The notes under the pieces are model-generated. The model was given only the letters and a program-made list of their open reading frames with translations. It was not told the origin of the DNA and made no database searches. From Escherichia coli O157:H7 (GTDB lineage: Bacteria; Pseudomonadota; Gammaproteobacteria; Enterobacterales; Enterobacteriaceae): 64,000 nucleotides of DNA. Made by a program: the position numbers and the translations under genes. How positions within the stretch are numbered: position 1 is the stretch's first letter; each line of letters begins with the position of its first letter. Below are positions 1 to 10,675 of this stretch, piece by piece. The stretch lies in assembly GCF_013167455.1 (NCBI RefSeq), contig NZ_CP038328.1. One strand, written 5' to 3'.

Positions 1-11
1 GAGGGAAGACT

Positions 12-731
12 ATGATGCGCAAAATGCTGCTGGCGGCAGCACTTTCAGTGACGGCAATGACCGCTCACGCCGACTACCAGTGCAGCGTCACGCCGCGTGA
101 CGATGTGATTGTCAGCCCGCAAACCGTGCAGGTGAAGGGCGAAAACGGCAATCTGGTGATCACGCCAGACGGCAACGTGATGTATAACGGTAAGCAATAT
201 TCCCTGAATGCCGCCCAGCGCGAGCAGGCGAAGGATTATCAGGCTGAACTACGTAGCACGCTGCCGTGGATTGATGAAGGCGCGAAAAGCCGCGTCGAGA
301 AAGCCCGTATTGCTCTGGATAAAATTATCGTTCAGGAGATGGGCGAAAGCAGCAAAATGCGCAGCCGTCTGACCAAACTTGATGCGCAGCTGAAAGAGCA
401 GATGAACCGCATTATCGAAACGCGCAGCGATGGCCTGACGTTCCACTATAAAGCCATTGATCAGGTTCGCGCTGAAGGCCAGCAATTAGTGAATCAGGCA
501 ATGGGCGGAATTTTACAGGACAGCATTAATGAAATGGGCGCGAAAGCGGTGCTGAAAAGCGGCGGTAACCCATTACAGAATGTGCTGGGAAGCCTGGGGG
601 GGCTGCAATCCTCAATCCAAACCGAGTGGAAAAAGCAGGAAAAAGATTTCCAGCAGTTTGGCAAAGATGTTTGTAGCCGCGTTGTGACTCTGGAAGATAG
701 CCGCAAAGCCCTGGTCGGGAATTTAAAATAA
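12..731 (+). CDS. yggN: YggN, DUF2884-family secreted protein
   Basis: 239-aa ORF with a signal peptide ending AHA. Sequence recognised as E. coli YggN, and it sits next to ansB as in K-12. Confidence 0.9.
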   Translation: MMRKMLLAAALSVTAMTAHADYQCSVTPRDDVIVSPQTVQVKGENGNLVITPDGNVMYNGKQYSLNAAQREQAKDYQAELRSTLPWIDEGAKSRVEKARIALDKIIVQEMGESSKMRSRLTKLDAQLKEQMNRIIETRSDGLTFHYKAIDQVRAEGQQLVNQAMGGILQDSINEMGAKAVLKSGGNPLQNVLGSLGGLQSSIQTEWKKQEKDFQQFGKDVCSRVVTLEDSRKALVGNLK

Positions 732-745
732 TCCTCTATTTTAAG

Positions 746-779
746 ACGGCATAATACTTTTTTATGCCGTTTAATTCTT
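746..779 (+). terminator. intrinsic terminator after yggN
   Basis: ACGGCATAA-N7-TTATGCCGT stem followed by a T-rich tract, 15 nt after the stop codon. Confidence 0.6.
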
Positions 780-784
780 CGTTT

Positions 785-800
785 TGTTACCTGCCTCTAA
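785..800 (+). promoter_or_regulatory. candidate CRP site of the ansB promoter
   Basis: TGTTA-cctgcc-TCTAA against consensus TGTGA-N6-TCACA. It is centred exactly 50 bp upstream of the FNR-like site, matching the published -91.5/-41.5 co-activation geometry of ansB. Confidence 0.5.
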
Positions 801-835
801 CTTTGTAGATCTCCAAAATATATTCACGTTGTAAA

Positions 836-849
836 TTGTTTAACGTCAA
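836..849 (+). promoter_or_regulatory. candidate FNR site of the ansB promoter
   Basis: TTGTT-TAAC-GTCAA against consensus TTGAT-N4-ATCAA, about 60 bp upstream of the ansB ATG. Confidence 0.6.
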
Positions 850-906
850 ATTTCCCATACAGAGCTAAGGGATAATGCGTAGCGTTCACGTAACTGGAGG
901 AATGAA

Positions 907-1953
907 ATGGAGTTTTTCAAAAAGACGGCACTTGCCGCACTGGTTATGGGTTTTAGTGGTGCAGCATTGGCATTACCCAATATCACCATTTTAGCAACCG
1001 GCGGGACCATTGCCGGTGGTGGTGACTCCGCAACCAAATCTAACTACACAGCGGGTAAAGTTGGCGTAGAAAATCTGGTTAATGCGGTGCCGCAACTGAA
1101 GGACATTGCGAACGTTAAAGGCGAGCAGGTAGTGAATATCGGCTCCCAGGACATGAACGATGATGTCTGGCTGACACTGGCGAAAAAAATTAACACCGAC
1201 TGCGATAAAACCGACGGCTTCGTCATTACTCACGGTACCGACACGATGGAAGAAACCGCTTACTTCCTCGACCTGACGGTGAAATGCGACAAACCGGTGG
1301 TGATGGTCGGCGCAATGCGTCCGTCCACGTCTATGAGCGCAGACGGTCCATTCAACCTGTATAACGCGGTAGTGACCGCAGCTGATAAAGCCTCCGCTAA
1401 TCGTGGCGTGCTGGTGGTGATGAACGACACCGTACTGGACGGTCGCGATGTCACCAAAACCAACACCACCGACGTAGCGACCTTCAAGTCTGTTAACTAC
1501 GGTCCGCTGGGATACATTCACAACGGTAAGATTGACTACCAACGTACCCCGGCACGTAAGCACACCAGCGACACGCCGTTCGATGTCTCTAAGCTGAATG
1601 AACTGCCGAAAGTCGGCATTGTTTATAACTACGCTAACGCATCCGATCTTCCGGCTAAAGCCCTGGTAGATGCGGGCTATGATGGCATCGTGAGCGCTGG
1701 TGTGGGTAACGGCAACCTGTATAAATCCGTGTTTGACACGCTGGCGACCGCCGCGAAAAACGGTACTGCAGTCGTGCGTTCTTCCCGCGTACCGACGGGC
1801 GCTACCACTCAGGATGCCGAAGTGGATGATGCGAAATACGGTTTTATTGCCTCTGGTACGCTGAACCCGCAAAAAGCGCGCGTCCTGCTGCAACTGGCTC
1901 TGACGCAAACCAAAGATCCGCAGCAGATCCAGCAGATCTTCAATCAGTACTAA
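907..1953 (+). CDS. ansB: L-asparaginase II (periplasmic)
   Basis: 348-aa ORF with a signal peptide, then LPNITILATGGTIAG and HGTDTMEET asparaginase motifs. Recognised as E. coli AnsB. Confidence 0.97.
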   Translation: MEFFKKTALAALVMGFSGAALALPNITILATGGTIAGGGDSATKSNYTAGKVGVENLVNAVPQLKDIANVKGEQVVNIGSQDMNDDVWLTLAKKINTDCDKTDGFVITHGTDTMEETAYFLDLTVKCDKPVVMVGAMRPSTSMSADGPFNLYNAVVTAADKASANRGVLVVMNDTVLDGRDVTKTNTTDVATFKSVNYGPLGYIHNGKIDYQRTPARKHTSDTPFDVSKLNELPKVGIVYNYANASDLPAKALVDAGYDGIVSAGVGNGNLYKSVFDTLATAAKNGTAVVRSSRVPTGATTQDAEVDDAKYGFIASGTLNPQKARVLLQLALTQTKDPQQIQQIFNQY

Positions 1954-1960
1954 TCATTTC

Positions 1961-1987
1961 GCCCCGGTATCGCGCCGGGGCTTTTTC
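1961..1987 (+). terminator. intrinsic terminator after ansB
   Basis: GCCCCGG-tatcgcg-CCGGGGC stem followed by TTTTTC. Confidence 0.75.
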
Positions 1988-2069
1988 ACTTCAGACTTAC
2001 GTCCATTGCCAATTTTAATTGCCCTAATGATAATCACCAGAATAAATTATTCCGCGCGAGGGTTTTCGG

Positions 2070-3077
2070 GTGAAAAAGCAATGGATTGTTGGCACGGCGC
2101 TGCTTATGTTGATGACTGGTAATGTCTGGGCAGATGGCGAACCGCCAACTGAAAATATCTTAAAAGATCAATTCAAAAAGCAGTATCACGGCATTCTCAA
2201 GCTTGATGCCATCACCTTAAAAAATCTTGATGCTAAGGGTAATCAGGCCACCTGGTCAGCGGAAGGCGATGTCTCTTCCAGTGACGATCTCTATACCTGG
2301 GTCGGTCAGTTGGCAGATTACGAACTGCTCGAACAGACCTGGACGAAAGATAAACCGGTAAAATTCTCGGCGATGTTAACCAGTAAAGGAACGCCCGCGT
2401 CTGGCTGGACGGTGAACTTTTACTCTTTTCAGGCGGCAGCTAGCGATCGTGGTCGGGTGGTCGACGATATCAAAACGAATAATAAATATCTGATCGTGAA
2501 TAGCGAAGATTTCAATTATCGCTTTAGTCAGCTTGAGACTGCGTTGAATACCCAGAAGAACTCGATTCCTGCGCTGGAAAAGGAAGTGAAAGCGCTTGAT
2601 AAGCAAATGGTGGCGGCGCAGAAAGCAGCGGATGCATATTGGGGAAAAGATGCAAATGGTAAGCAAATGACCCGCGAAGATGCCTTTAAAAAAATTCACC
2701 AACAGCGTGATGAGTTTAATAAACAGAACGATAGCGAGGCGTTCGCGGTTAAATATGACAAAGAGGTTTATCAACCGGCGATTGCGGCATGTCATAAACA
2801 GAGTGAAGAGTGTTATGAAGTGCCGATTCAGCAGAAACGAGATTTCGATATCAACGAACAACGGCGACAGACTTTTCTGCAATCACAAAAACTTAGCCGT
2901 AAATTGCAGGATGACTGGATAACGCTCGAAAAAGGGCAATATCCGTTAACGATGAAAGTTTCAGAAATAAACAGTAAAAAAGTCGCGATTTTGATGAAAA
3001 TTGACGATATCAACCAGGCTAATGAACGCTGGAAAAAAGATACCGAACAACTGCGGCGCAATGGGGTGATTAAGTAA
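2070..3077 (+). CDS. yggM: YggM, secreted protein of unknown function
   Basis: 335-aa ORF with a GTG start and a signal peptide (..GNVWA/DG). Recognised as E. coli YggM. Confidence 0.85.
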   Translation: MKKQWIVGTALLMLMTGNVWADGEPPTENILKDQFKKQYHGILKLDAITLKNLDAKGNQATWSAEGDVSSSDDLYTWVGQLADYELLEQTWTKDKPVKFSAMLTSKGTPASGWTVNFYSFQAAASDRGRVVDDIKTNNKYLIVNSEDFNYRFSQLETALNTQKNSIPALEKEVKALDKQMVAAQKAADAYWGKDANGKQMTREDAFKKIHQQRDEFNKQNDSEAFAVKYDKEVYQPAIAACHKQSEECYEVPIQQKRDFDINEQRRQTFLQSQKLSRKLQDDWITLEKGQYPLTMKVSEINSKKVAILMKIDDINQANERWKKDTEQLRRNGVIK

Positions 3078-3098
3078 GTTTTGATATAGCGCACGATT

Positions 3099-3313
3099 TG
3101 TAGCAGGATGCGGCGTTGACCCCGCATCCGGCAATCAACGTCTGATGCGACGCTAGCGCGTCTTATCAGACCTACAACAGCTGCCACATGTCGGCTGAGG
3201 TGCTCACGCCGCATCCGGCAATCAACGTCTGATGCGACGCTTGCGCGTCTTATCAGACCTACAACCGTTGCCACATGTAGGCTGGATAAGGCGTTCACGC
3301 CGCATCCGGCAAT
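3099..3313. repeat. REP/BIME cluster (about 2.5 tandem units, period 87-91 bp)
   Basis: Repeated CCGCATCCGGCAATCAACGTCTGATGCGACGCT..GCGTCTTATCAGACCTACAAC units, the classic REP palindromes, lying between convergent genes. Confidence 0.9.
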
Positions 3314-3319
3314 ACAAGT

Positions 3320-4456
3320 TTACTCAGCCAGAAAAAGCTCCAGCAGCGAATTTAAAAACAGCTTCCCATGTTCCGTAATCTGCCAGTAATCCGCACATTC
3401 GGTGAGATAACCCTGGGCAATCGCCTCGTCTAACTGTGGGCGAATCACATCTTCGCAAAGCCCGGTATACGCACTAAACTCCACGCGCGGCGCAGGTTCC
3501 AGCAACCGGAAGCGATTCATAAAGAACTCAAACGGCTTATCTGCGGCTTCGACATCACGCTGGCTTTCCAGATACCTTCCTTGCATAAAACCACGCGGAT
3601 GACGCGTTTTGGTGGTACGCAGAATGCGCCCATCCGGGAAGGTCACTTTGCCGTGCGCGCCGCAGCCAATACCGATGTAGTCACCAAAGCGCCAGTAGTT
3701 GAGATTGTGCTGGCACTGATAACCGGGTTTGGCGTAAGCGGAAGTTTCATATTGCTGATAACCCGCTGCGGTTAATAACTGATGCCCCTGTTCGAAAATA
3801 TCCCACAGCGCGTCGTCGTCCGGCAGTACCGGCGGGCGTGAACCAAACAGCGTATTAGGTTCGATGGTCAGTTGATACCAGGAAAGATGCGGCGGATTCA
3901 GTTCAATAGCCTGGCGCAGATCGCCAAGCGCCTCTTCCAGCGATTGATCCGGTAGCCCATGCATCAAATCAAGGTTAAAGCTACGTAACCCTAAACCGCT
4001 CGCCAGCTTTGCCGCTCGTTTCGCTTCTTGCGGGCCATGAATACGTCCCAGCCGTTTCAGCTTTTCTTCGCTAAAACTCTGTACCCCAATAGAGATACGA
4101 TTTACACCGGCACGCTGATAATCAACAAAGCGATCGGCTTCTACCGTACCGGGGTTCGCTTCCATGGTAATTTCTGCATCCGCTGCCAGCGGCAAACGCG
4201 CACGCACGCCGTCCAGCAGCGTTTGCATCGCCGAGCCGGAAAGCAGGCTCGGCGTACCACCGCCAATAAAGATTGTCTTTACTTCACGGCCCTGAGCGTA
4301 AGCCACATCGTTGTCCAGATCGTTAAGCAGATGCTGAACGTAATCGTCGTGCGGCACTTCTCCTTTCAACGCGTGAGAGTTGAAATCGCAGTACGGGCAT
4401 TTCTGCACGCACCACGGGATGTGAATGTAGAGACTCAGCGGCGGTAATTTAACCAT
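3320..4456 (-). CDS. hemW: radical-SAM heme chaperone HemW (YggW)
   Basis: 378-aa ORF with the CxxxCxxC radical-SAM motif ([10 protein letters not shown]). Recognised as E. coli YggW/HemW. Confidence 0.93.
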   Translation of the reverse strand: MVKLPPLSLYIHIPWCVQKCPYCDFNSHALKGEVPHDDYVQHLLNDLDNDVAYAQGREVKTIFIGGGTPSLLSGSAMQTLLDGVRARLPLAADAEITMEANPGTVEADRFVDYQRAGVNRISIGVQSFSEEKLKRLGRIHGPQEAKRAAKLASGLGLRSFNLDLMHGLPDQSLEEALGDLRQAIELNPPHLSWYQLTIEPNTLFGSRPPVLPDDDALWDIFEQGHQLLTAAGYQQYETSAYAKPGYQCQHNLNYWRFGDYIGIGCGAHGKVTFPDGRILRTTKTRHPRGFMQGRYLESQRDVEAADKPFEFFMNRFRLLEPAPRVEFSAYTGLCEDVIRPQLDEAIAQGYLTECADYWQITEHGKLFLNSLLELFLAE

Positions 4457-5042
4457 TACGTAAAGCGTCCAGCAGCAGTTTCAATGCCTGACCACGGTGG
4501 GAAATGGCGCTCTTTTCTTCGCGGGTCAGTTCGGCAGCGGTTTTCCCTTCGGAAGGTACGAAGAAGATTGGATCATAACCAAAGCCACCAGTGCCCGCCG
4601 GTTCGCGAGTAATCACACCCGGCCAGCTGCCATGGCACACCAGCGGGGTCGGATCTTCTGCGTGACGCAGATACACCAGCACGCAGTGGAAACGCGCCTG
4701 ACGTTGGTCGTCCGGTACGTCTTTCAGTGTTTCCAGCAGTTTTTGCAGATTCTTTTGATCGGTCGCGTCTTCACCGGAATAACGTGCGGAGTAAATACCC
4801 GGCGCGCCGCCAAGCACATCTACCGCCAGGCCAGAGTCGTCGGCAATTGCCGGTAAACCGGTCACTTTTGCCGCGTGGCGCGCTTTCAGAATCGCGTTTT
4901 CGATAAAGGTCAGGCCGGTTTCTTCAGCGGAATCAACGCCGAGTTCTGTTTGGGCCACGATATCAAGACCGAAGTCGCTAAGCAGCGACGCCAGCTCACG
5001 CACTTTACCGGCATTGCCGGTTGCGAGGACAACTTTTTGCAT
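4449..5042 (-). CDS. rdgB: dITP/XTP pyrophosphatase RdgB
   Basis: 197-aa ORF ([16 protein letters not shown]...) in the Ham1/RdgB family. Its end overlaps the hemW start by 8 nt. Confidence 0.95.
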   Translation of the reverse strand: MQKVVLATGNAGKVRELASLLSDFGLDIVAQTELGVDSAEETGLTFIENAILKARHAAKVTGLPAIADDSGLAVDVLGGAPGIYSARYSGEDATDQKNLQKLLETLKDVPDDQRQARFHCVLVYLRHAEDPTPLVCHGSWPGVITREPAGTGGFGYDPIFFVPSEGKTAAELTREEKSAISHRGQALKLLLDALRNG

Positions 5043-5049
5043 AGGATAC

Positions 5050-5340
5050 CTAATTAATTAACGCCGCGACTTCTGGCGGGATTTGTTGCGGATTAATGAT
5101 TTTAATTTGTTTGTGGCGGCCAAGTTCGCCTTTTTCAATCACCACCTGGCTTTTGGCAACCCGGAATTGCTTACCGAGAAACTTCACCAGATGGCTGTTG
5201 GCCTGACCGTCAACCGGCGGCGCGGTAATGGCGACTTTTACCTCGTCGCCATGTAAACCGACAATAGAATCACGGCTGGCTTTCGGCTGAATATAGAGCC
5301 GTAAAACCAGACCGTCATCGTTAACTGTTACGGCACTCAT
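5050..5340 (-). CDS. yggU: YggU (DUF167)
   Basis: Start trimmed to [10 protein letters not shown], giving 96 aa as in K-12. ATGA overlap with the yggT stop. Confidence 0.85.
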   Translation of the reverse strand: MSAVTVNDDGLVLRLYIQPKASRDSIVGLHGDEVKVAITAPPVDGQANSHLVKFLGKQFRVAKSQVVIEKGELGRHKQIKIINPQQIPPEVAALIN

Positions 5341-5903
5341 AACGCCATCCACAGCCCCGGCAGCAGCATATTTCCGGTCGCCTGTAATACTTCTGCGACA
5401 CCCATATTGATGACATACAGCAGCAGAACGAGGATCATCGGCGAGAAATCAATCCCCCCCATTGCCGGTAGCAAGCGGCGAATCGGGCGCAGCAGCGGAT
5501 CGGCCAGCTGAATCAGCACGTATTCAATCGGGCTACGGCCCTGGCTTACCCAGCTCATAATCGCCATCACCAGCAGGACCCAGAAAATCAGCAGGCCGAT
5601 GGTTTTCAGCAGAATCAGTAAACCGGCAATCCAGATGATTGGCAGGAAGGTCACCACTTTAAACAGCACGATGGCTTTGATAAAACTGAGAATATAGGCA
5701 ACCAGCAGCGAGGCGCTATCAATGGGTCCCATTGCCGGAATAACGCGGCGCAGTGGCCCGATAATTGGCTGCGTTACCTTCACTACAAACTGTGAGAAGG
5801 GGTTGTAAAAATCACAATGAGCCCACTGCATCCAGATGCGTAATAACAGCACCATGGTATACAGCTCAATGACCGTTGAAAGCAGGAAAGTCAACGTATT
5901 CAT
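5337..5903 (-). CDS. yggT: YggT-family inner-membrane protein
   Basis: 188-aa hydrophobic ORF recognised as E. coli YggT, in the yggS-yggT-yggU-rdgB-hemW gene string. Confidence 0.9.
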
Positions 5904-5920
5904 GGCGTTCCTTTAATTCC

Positions 5921-6625
5921 TTATTTTTTAGAGTAATCACGCGCACCAAAAATTGCAGTGCCGATACGAACCATCGTGCTACCTGCCGCAATGGCGGCTT
6001 CCATATCGTCCGACATTCCCAGAGAGAGCGTGTCGATATGCGGGTAGCGCGTTTTCAGTCCGGCAAATGCTACAGCCATTTGGCGTGCAACTTCAAACTG
6101 CCTTACATATTCTGACTCAGGCGCAGGGATTGCCATCAGCCCGCGCAGACGTAAACGCGGTAGTTCAGCGACCGCAGCTGCCAGCTCGTCCAGTTCTGCC
6201 AGTTGAATCCCGGACTTACTGTTTTCATCACTAATATTAATTTGAATCAGTACGTTAAGAGGGGGAAGTTCTGCCGGGCGCTGATCGTTGAGGCGGGTAG
6301 CAATGCGCAAACGGTCGATGGTATGACACCAGTCGAAATGCTCTGCCACCAGGCGGCTTTTATTAGACTGCAACGGGCCAATAAAATGCCATTCTAATCC
6401 TGTTACGCCCAGTTCCTGAAAGTGGCGAATTTTATCTACCCCTTCCTGAACGTAGTTTTCACCAAATTGACGCTGCCCGGCATCAATGGCTTCTGCGATG
6501 GCGCTCGCAGGTTTTGTTTTACTGACTGCAAGCAGCGTAATTTCTTCTGGAGAACGGCCGCAACGCGTTGCAGCCGCTGAGATTTTGTCCCGGACCTGTG
6601 CCAGGTTATGCGCAATATCGTTCAT
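5921..6625 (-). CDS. yggS: PLP-homeostasis protein YggS
   Basis: 234-aa ORF with the alanine-racemase-N-like fold signature (LLAVSKTKP). Recognised as YggS. Confidence 0.93.
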   Translation of the reverse strand: MNDIAHNLAQVRDKISAAATRCGRSPEEITLLAVSKTKPASAIAEAIDAGQRQFGENYVQEGVDKIRHFQELGVTGLEWHFIGPLQSNKSRLVAEHFDWCHTIDRLRIATRLNDQRPAELPPLNVLIQINISDENSKSGIQLAELDELAAAVAELPRLRLRGLMAIPAPESEYVRQFEVARQMAVAFAGLKTRYPHIDTLSLGMSDDMEAAIAAGSTMVRIGTAIFGARDYSKK

Positions 6626-6642
6626 TTTCCGAGGATCTTAGT

Positions 6643-7623
6643 ATGAATATGGAAGAAATTGTGGCCCTTAGTGTAAAGCATAACGTCTCGGATCTACACC
6701 TGTGCAGCGCCTGGCCCGCACGATGGCGCATTCGCGGGCTAATGGAAGCTGCGCCGTTTGATGCGCCGGACGTCGAAGAGCTACTGCGGGAGTGGCTGGA
6801 TGACGATCAGCGGGCAATATTGCTGGAGAATGGTCAGCTGGATTTTGCCGTGTCGCTGACGGAAAACCAGCGATTGCGTGGCAGCGCATTCGCGCAACGG
6901 CATGGCATTTCGCTGGCGTTACGGCTGTTACCTTCGCACTGCCCGCAGCTCGAACAGCTTGGCACACCACCGATATTGCCGGAGTTACTCAAGAGCGAGA
7001 ATGGCTTGATTCTGGTGACGGGGGCGACGGGGAGTGGCAAATCTACCACGCTGGCGGCGATGGTTGGTTATCTCAATCAACATGCTGATGCGCATATTCT
7101 GACGCTGGAAGATCCTGTGGAATATCTCTATGCCAGCCAGCGATGTTTGATCCAGCAGCGGGAAATCGGTTTGCATTGTATGACGTTCGCATCGGGATTG
7201 CGGGCCGCATTGCGGGAAGATCCTGATGTGATTTTGCTCGGAGAGCTGCGTGACAGCGAGACAATCCGTCTGGCGCTGACGGCGGCAGAAACCGGGCATC
7301 TGGTGCTGGCAACCTTACATACACGTGGTGCCGCGCAGGCAGTTGAGCGACTTGTGGATTCATTTCCGGCGCAGGAAAAAGACCCCGTGCGTAATCAACT
7401 GGCAGGTAGTTTACGGGCAGTGCTGTCACAAAAGCTGGAAGTGGATAAACAGGAAGGACGCGTGGCGCTATTTGAATTGCTGATTAACACACCCGCGGTG
7501 GGGAATTTGATTCGCGAAGGGAAAACCCACCAGTTACCGCATGTTATTCAAACTGGGCAACAGGTGGGGATGATAACGTTTCAGCAGAGTTATCAGCAGC
7601 GGGTGGGGGAAGGGCGTTTGTGA
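6643..7623 (+). CDS. yggR: PilT-like type IV pilus retraction ATPase homologue YggR
   Basis: Start trimmed to MNMEEIVALS (326 aa). Walker A GATGSGKST. Recognised as YggR. The ORF-track 5' extension overlaps the yggS start. Confidence 0.9.
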   Translation: MNMEEIVALSVKHNVSDLHLCSAWPARWRIRGLMEAAPFDAPDVEELLREWLDDDQRAILLENGQLDFAVSLTENQRLRGSAFAQRHGISLALRLLPSHCPQLEQLGTPPILPELLKSENGLILVTGATGSGKSTTLAAMVGYLNQHADAHILTLEDPVEYLYASQRCLIQQREIGLHCMTFASGLRAALREDPDVILLGELRDSETIRLALTAAETGHLVLATLHTRGAAQAVERLVDSFPAQEKDPVRNQLAGSLRAVLSQKLEVDKQEGRVALFELLINTPAVGNLIREGKTHQLPHVIQTGQQVGMITFQQSYQQRVGEGRL

Positions 7624-7632
7624 CGTTGCCAT

Positions 7633-7760
7633 GCCCGATGCGCAAGCTTATCGGGCCTACAAAGGCAATAAACGTCTGATGCGACGCTTGCGCGTCTTAT
7701 CAGACCTACAACCGCTGCCACATGTAGGCCGGATAAGGCGTTCACGCCGCATCCGGCAAT
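7633..7760. repeat. REP/BIME cluster
   Basis: GCCCGATGCGCAAGCTTATCGGGCCTAC plus the same CGTCTGATGCGACGCTTGCGCGTCTTATCAGACCTACAAC unit seen at 3.1 kb. Confidence 0.9.
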
Positions 7761-7813
7761 AAGGCGTAAGGCGCGATGATATTATTTACACTCCAGCAGG
7801 CGATTAAATCTCC

Positions 7814-8230
7814 TTAATATCCCTGCTCGAAATAGCTTTCGAGAATAATAACCGCAGAGGCAGAGTCGATTTTGCCTTTGTTGAGCGCCCGATAGCCGCC
7901 CTGTTCAAACAGACCGGAACGTGCCTCCACGGTGCTAAGACGCTCGTCATGGAGCTTTACTTCAACACCGAAACGACCATGAATACGGTTAGCAAATTTA
8001 CGCGCTCTGGCGGTTAACGGCTGTTCGGTGCCGTCCATATTCAGCGGTAAACCGACGATGATTTCGTCTGGCTGCCACTCTTTCAGTAAACGTTCGATGA
8101 GGTTCCAGTCCGGCGTACCGTCCTGTGCTTTAATTGCAGGCAAAGGGCGAGCGGTGCCGGTAATGCGTTGGCCGACCGCTACGCCAATGCTTTTGGTGCC
8201 GAAGTCGAAGGCGAGTAAGGTTCCACTCAT
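7814..8230 (-). CDS. ruvX: pre-16S rRNA nuclease / Holliday-junction-resolvase-like RuvX (YqgF)
   Basis: Start trimmed to [20 protein letters not shown] (138 aa). 1-nt TGATG overlap with the yqgE stop. Confidence 0.93.
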   Translation of the reverse strand: MSGTLLAFDFGTKSIGVAVGQRITGTARPLPAIKAQDGTPDWNLIERLLKEWQPDEIIVGLPLNMDGTEQPLTARARKFANRIHGRFGVEVKLHDERLSTVEARSGLFEQGGYRALNKGKIDSASAVIILESYFEQGY

Positions 8231-8793
8231 CAGGCGTGTCCTGCCACACCAGGCATGGTGAGAATATCCACACCAATCAGTTTTGCCGCCTCGCGCCAGC
8301 GGTCGGCAATTGGCGTTTTGAACAGAATATTCAGATCTGCCGGGGCGGTTAGCCACGCGTTATCGAGAATTTCTTGTTCCAGTTGACCTTTTTCCCAGGA
8401 GGCATAGCCCAGAGCCACCAATACGTCAGACGGTTGTTTATCGGTGCCGAGCGTTTCCAGCACATCGCGGGAAGTGGTCATCACTGTGTTGTCTGAAATG
8501 CGAATGCTGGAAGCAAAATTGGAGGGCGGAGTATGCAAAATAAACCCGCGATCTTCAGCCAGTGGGCCGCCGAGCATAACCGGTTTATCCAGACGGATTG
8601 ATTCATCACGCGGCTCCGGCGTGATCTTCAGCTTTTCCAGAATCCCTTCAATTTTGAGATTTTCCAGCGGCTTGTTGACGATGATCCCCATTGCACCATT
8701 GGTATTATGTTCGCAAATGTAGACCACGGAACGACGGAAAATCGGATCCTGGAGAGCAGGCATGGCAATAAGAAAGTGATGCTGTAAATTCAT
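8230..8793 (-). CDS. yqgE: YqgE (UPF0301)
   Basis: Start trimmed to [17 protein letters not shown] (187 aa). Recognised as YqgE. Confidence 0.9.
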
Positions 8794-8814
8794 TGTCAGA
8801 GGTTCTGTTTCCTG

Positions 8815-8862
8815 GTTCAAAAAAGCAACAGCGCCCAGTATGCGTGGAAAGAAGGGCGCTGT
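8815..8862 (-). terminator. intrinsic terminator after gshB
   Basis: On the minus strand, ACAGCGCCC-N17-GGGCGCTGT followed by TGCTTTTTTGAA. Confidence 0.6.
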
Positions 8863-8904
8863 CACTCAGAGTCTCAACGAGATCCTTCTCGCTAAGGTGG
8901 GTTA

Positions 8905-9852
8905 CTACTGCTGTAAACGTGCTTCGATGGCATCCATTAACATTCCGGTGATCGACACCGGAAACTCTGCTTCAATCTCACGAATACAGGTTGGGCTGGT
9001 GACGTTAATTTCAGTCAGACGGTCGCCGATGATATCCAGACCAACAAAAATCAGCCCTTTTTCTTTCAGCGTCGGCCCGATCTGACGGGCGATTTTCCAG
9101 TCACTTTCCGTCAGCGGACGAGGTTCACCGCGACCACCGGCAGCCAGATTGCCACGGGTTTCGCCCCCCTGCGGAATACGCGCCAGGCAGTACGGTACTG
9201 GTTCGCCGTCCACCACCAGCACGCGTTTGTCGCCATCTTTAATGGCTGGCAGATAATTTTGTGCCATGCAGTAGCGAGTGCCGTGTTCGGTCAAGGTTTC
9301 GGCAATGACGCCGAGGTTTGGATCGCCTTCTTTCACGCGGAAAATCGACGCGCCGCCCATACCGTCCAGCGGCTTAAGAATGATGTCGCTGTGTTTCTCC
9401 CAGAACGCTTTTAGCTGCGCTTTATTGCGCGTAACCAGCGTTTCTGGCGTTAAGTCAGAGAACCAGGCGGTAAACAGTTTCTCGTTACAGTCGCGCAGGC
9501 TCTGCGGCTTGTTAACGATCAGCGTCCCTTTCTCTTCGGCACGTTCCAGAATATAGGTCGCGTAGATAAACTCGGTATCAAACGGCGGGTCTTTACGCAT
9601 CAGGATCACATCGAGATCGGCCAGCGGCAGATCCTGTTCACCGACGAATGAAAACCACTCTTCGTAGTTCTGTTTCACGTTCAGCGTGCGGGTATGGGCG
9701 CGGGCTTCGCCATTGATCAGATACAGATCGCCCATCTCCATATAGTGAAGTTCGTAACCACGACGCTGTGCTTCCAGCAACATAGCGAAACTGGAATCTT
9801 TCTTGATGTTGATGTTTGCGATGGGGTCCATCACGATGCCGAGCTTGATCAT
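8905..9852 (-). CDS. gshB: glutathione synthetase
   Basis: 315-aa ORF (MIKLGIVMDPIANINIKKDSS...) recognised as GshB. It ends ..ARLQQ, then TAG TAA. Confidence 0.96.
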   Translation of the reverse strand: MIKLGIVMDPIANINIKKDSSFAMLLEAQRRGYELHYMEMGDLYLINGEARAHTRTLNVKQNYEEWFSFVGEQDLPLADLDVILMRKDPPFDTEFIYATYILERAEEKGTLIVNKPQSLRDCNEKLFTAWFSDLTPETLVTRNKAQLKAFWEKHSDIILKPLDGMGGASIFRVKEGDPNLGVIAETLTEHGTRYCMAQNYLPAIKDGDKRVLVVDGEPVPYCLARIPQGGETRGNLAAGGRGEPRPLTESDWKIARQIGPTLKEKGLIFVGLDIIGDRLTEINVTSPTCIREIEAEFPVSITGMLMDAIEARLQQ

Positions 9853-9864
9853 TATTCTTCTCCG

Positions 9865-10596
9865 TTAGCCCAAATCGCCAAATCGTACTTGTAGCGCGGT
9901 AATGGCGGTGAGCGCAGTTGTCTCTGTACGCAAAACGCGAGGTCCCAACAGGATATCAGTAAATTGATAGCGGGCAGTCATGGCAATTTCATCTGCCGAT
10001 AAACCGCCTTCCGGGCCAATCAGCAGGCGGACGCGTTCAACCGGTAAAGGCAACGTATTGATGCTGTTACTGGCGCGCGGGTGAAGATTCAGTTTCAGTC
10101 CTTCATCCTGCTCTGCACACCAGGCTTCCAGATCCATCGCTGGACGGATTTCCGGCACCCGGTTACGACCACACTGCTCACAGGCAGCAATTGCAATCTT
10201 CTGCCACTGCTGGAGCTTCTTGTTCAGACGTTCACTATCCAGTTTAACGCCGCAGCGCTCAGAAAAAAGTGGCGTAATGAGGCTTACACCGAGTTCGATC
10301 GATTTCTGGATCGTAAATTCCATTTTTTCACCACGCGACATCACCTGACCGAGGTGAATATGCAGCGGAGATTCGCGATCGTCGATCTGGCCTTCCAGCA
10401 CCTTCACTTCCACGCTTTTTTTGCTGGCGCTGGTAATTTCGGCGTCAAAGACCTGGTTGCTGCCGTCAAACAATTGCAACGCCTGTCCCGGCCCCATACG
10501 CAGTACGCGCCCAATATGGTTGGCGGCATCTTCGCAAAGCGCGATGTGAGAATGGCTGGTCAGTGGTTCAGGATGATAAATGCGGGGGATACGCAT
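9865..10596 (-). CDS. rsmE: 16S rRNA m3U1498 methyltransferase RsmE (YggJ)
   Basis: Start trimmed to [12 protein letters not shown] (243 aa). Recognised as RsmE. Confidence 0.92.
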
Positions 10597-10675
10597 AGTT
10601 AAAAATCCGCGTCGTCTCCCCACGCGGTTGTACGCGTGGGGTAGGGGTTAACAAAAAGAATCCCGCTAGTGTAGG

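Noticed and set aside
2828-3298. A 156-aa minus-strand ORF with the internally repeated peptide VVGLIRRASVASDVDCRMR.
   Set aside because: It is a translation of the tandem REP/BIME units. The repeat is at the DNA level, and the ORF overlaps the yggM 3' end.
3099-3313. Regularly spaced 87-91-bp repeats, considered as a possible CRISPR-like array.
   Set aside because: The sequences between the palindromes are themselves repeated, so there are no unique spacers. The units match REP consensus, recur at 7.6, 19.8 and 35.7 kb, and no cas genes are present.
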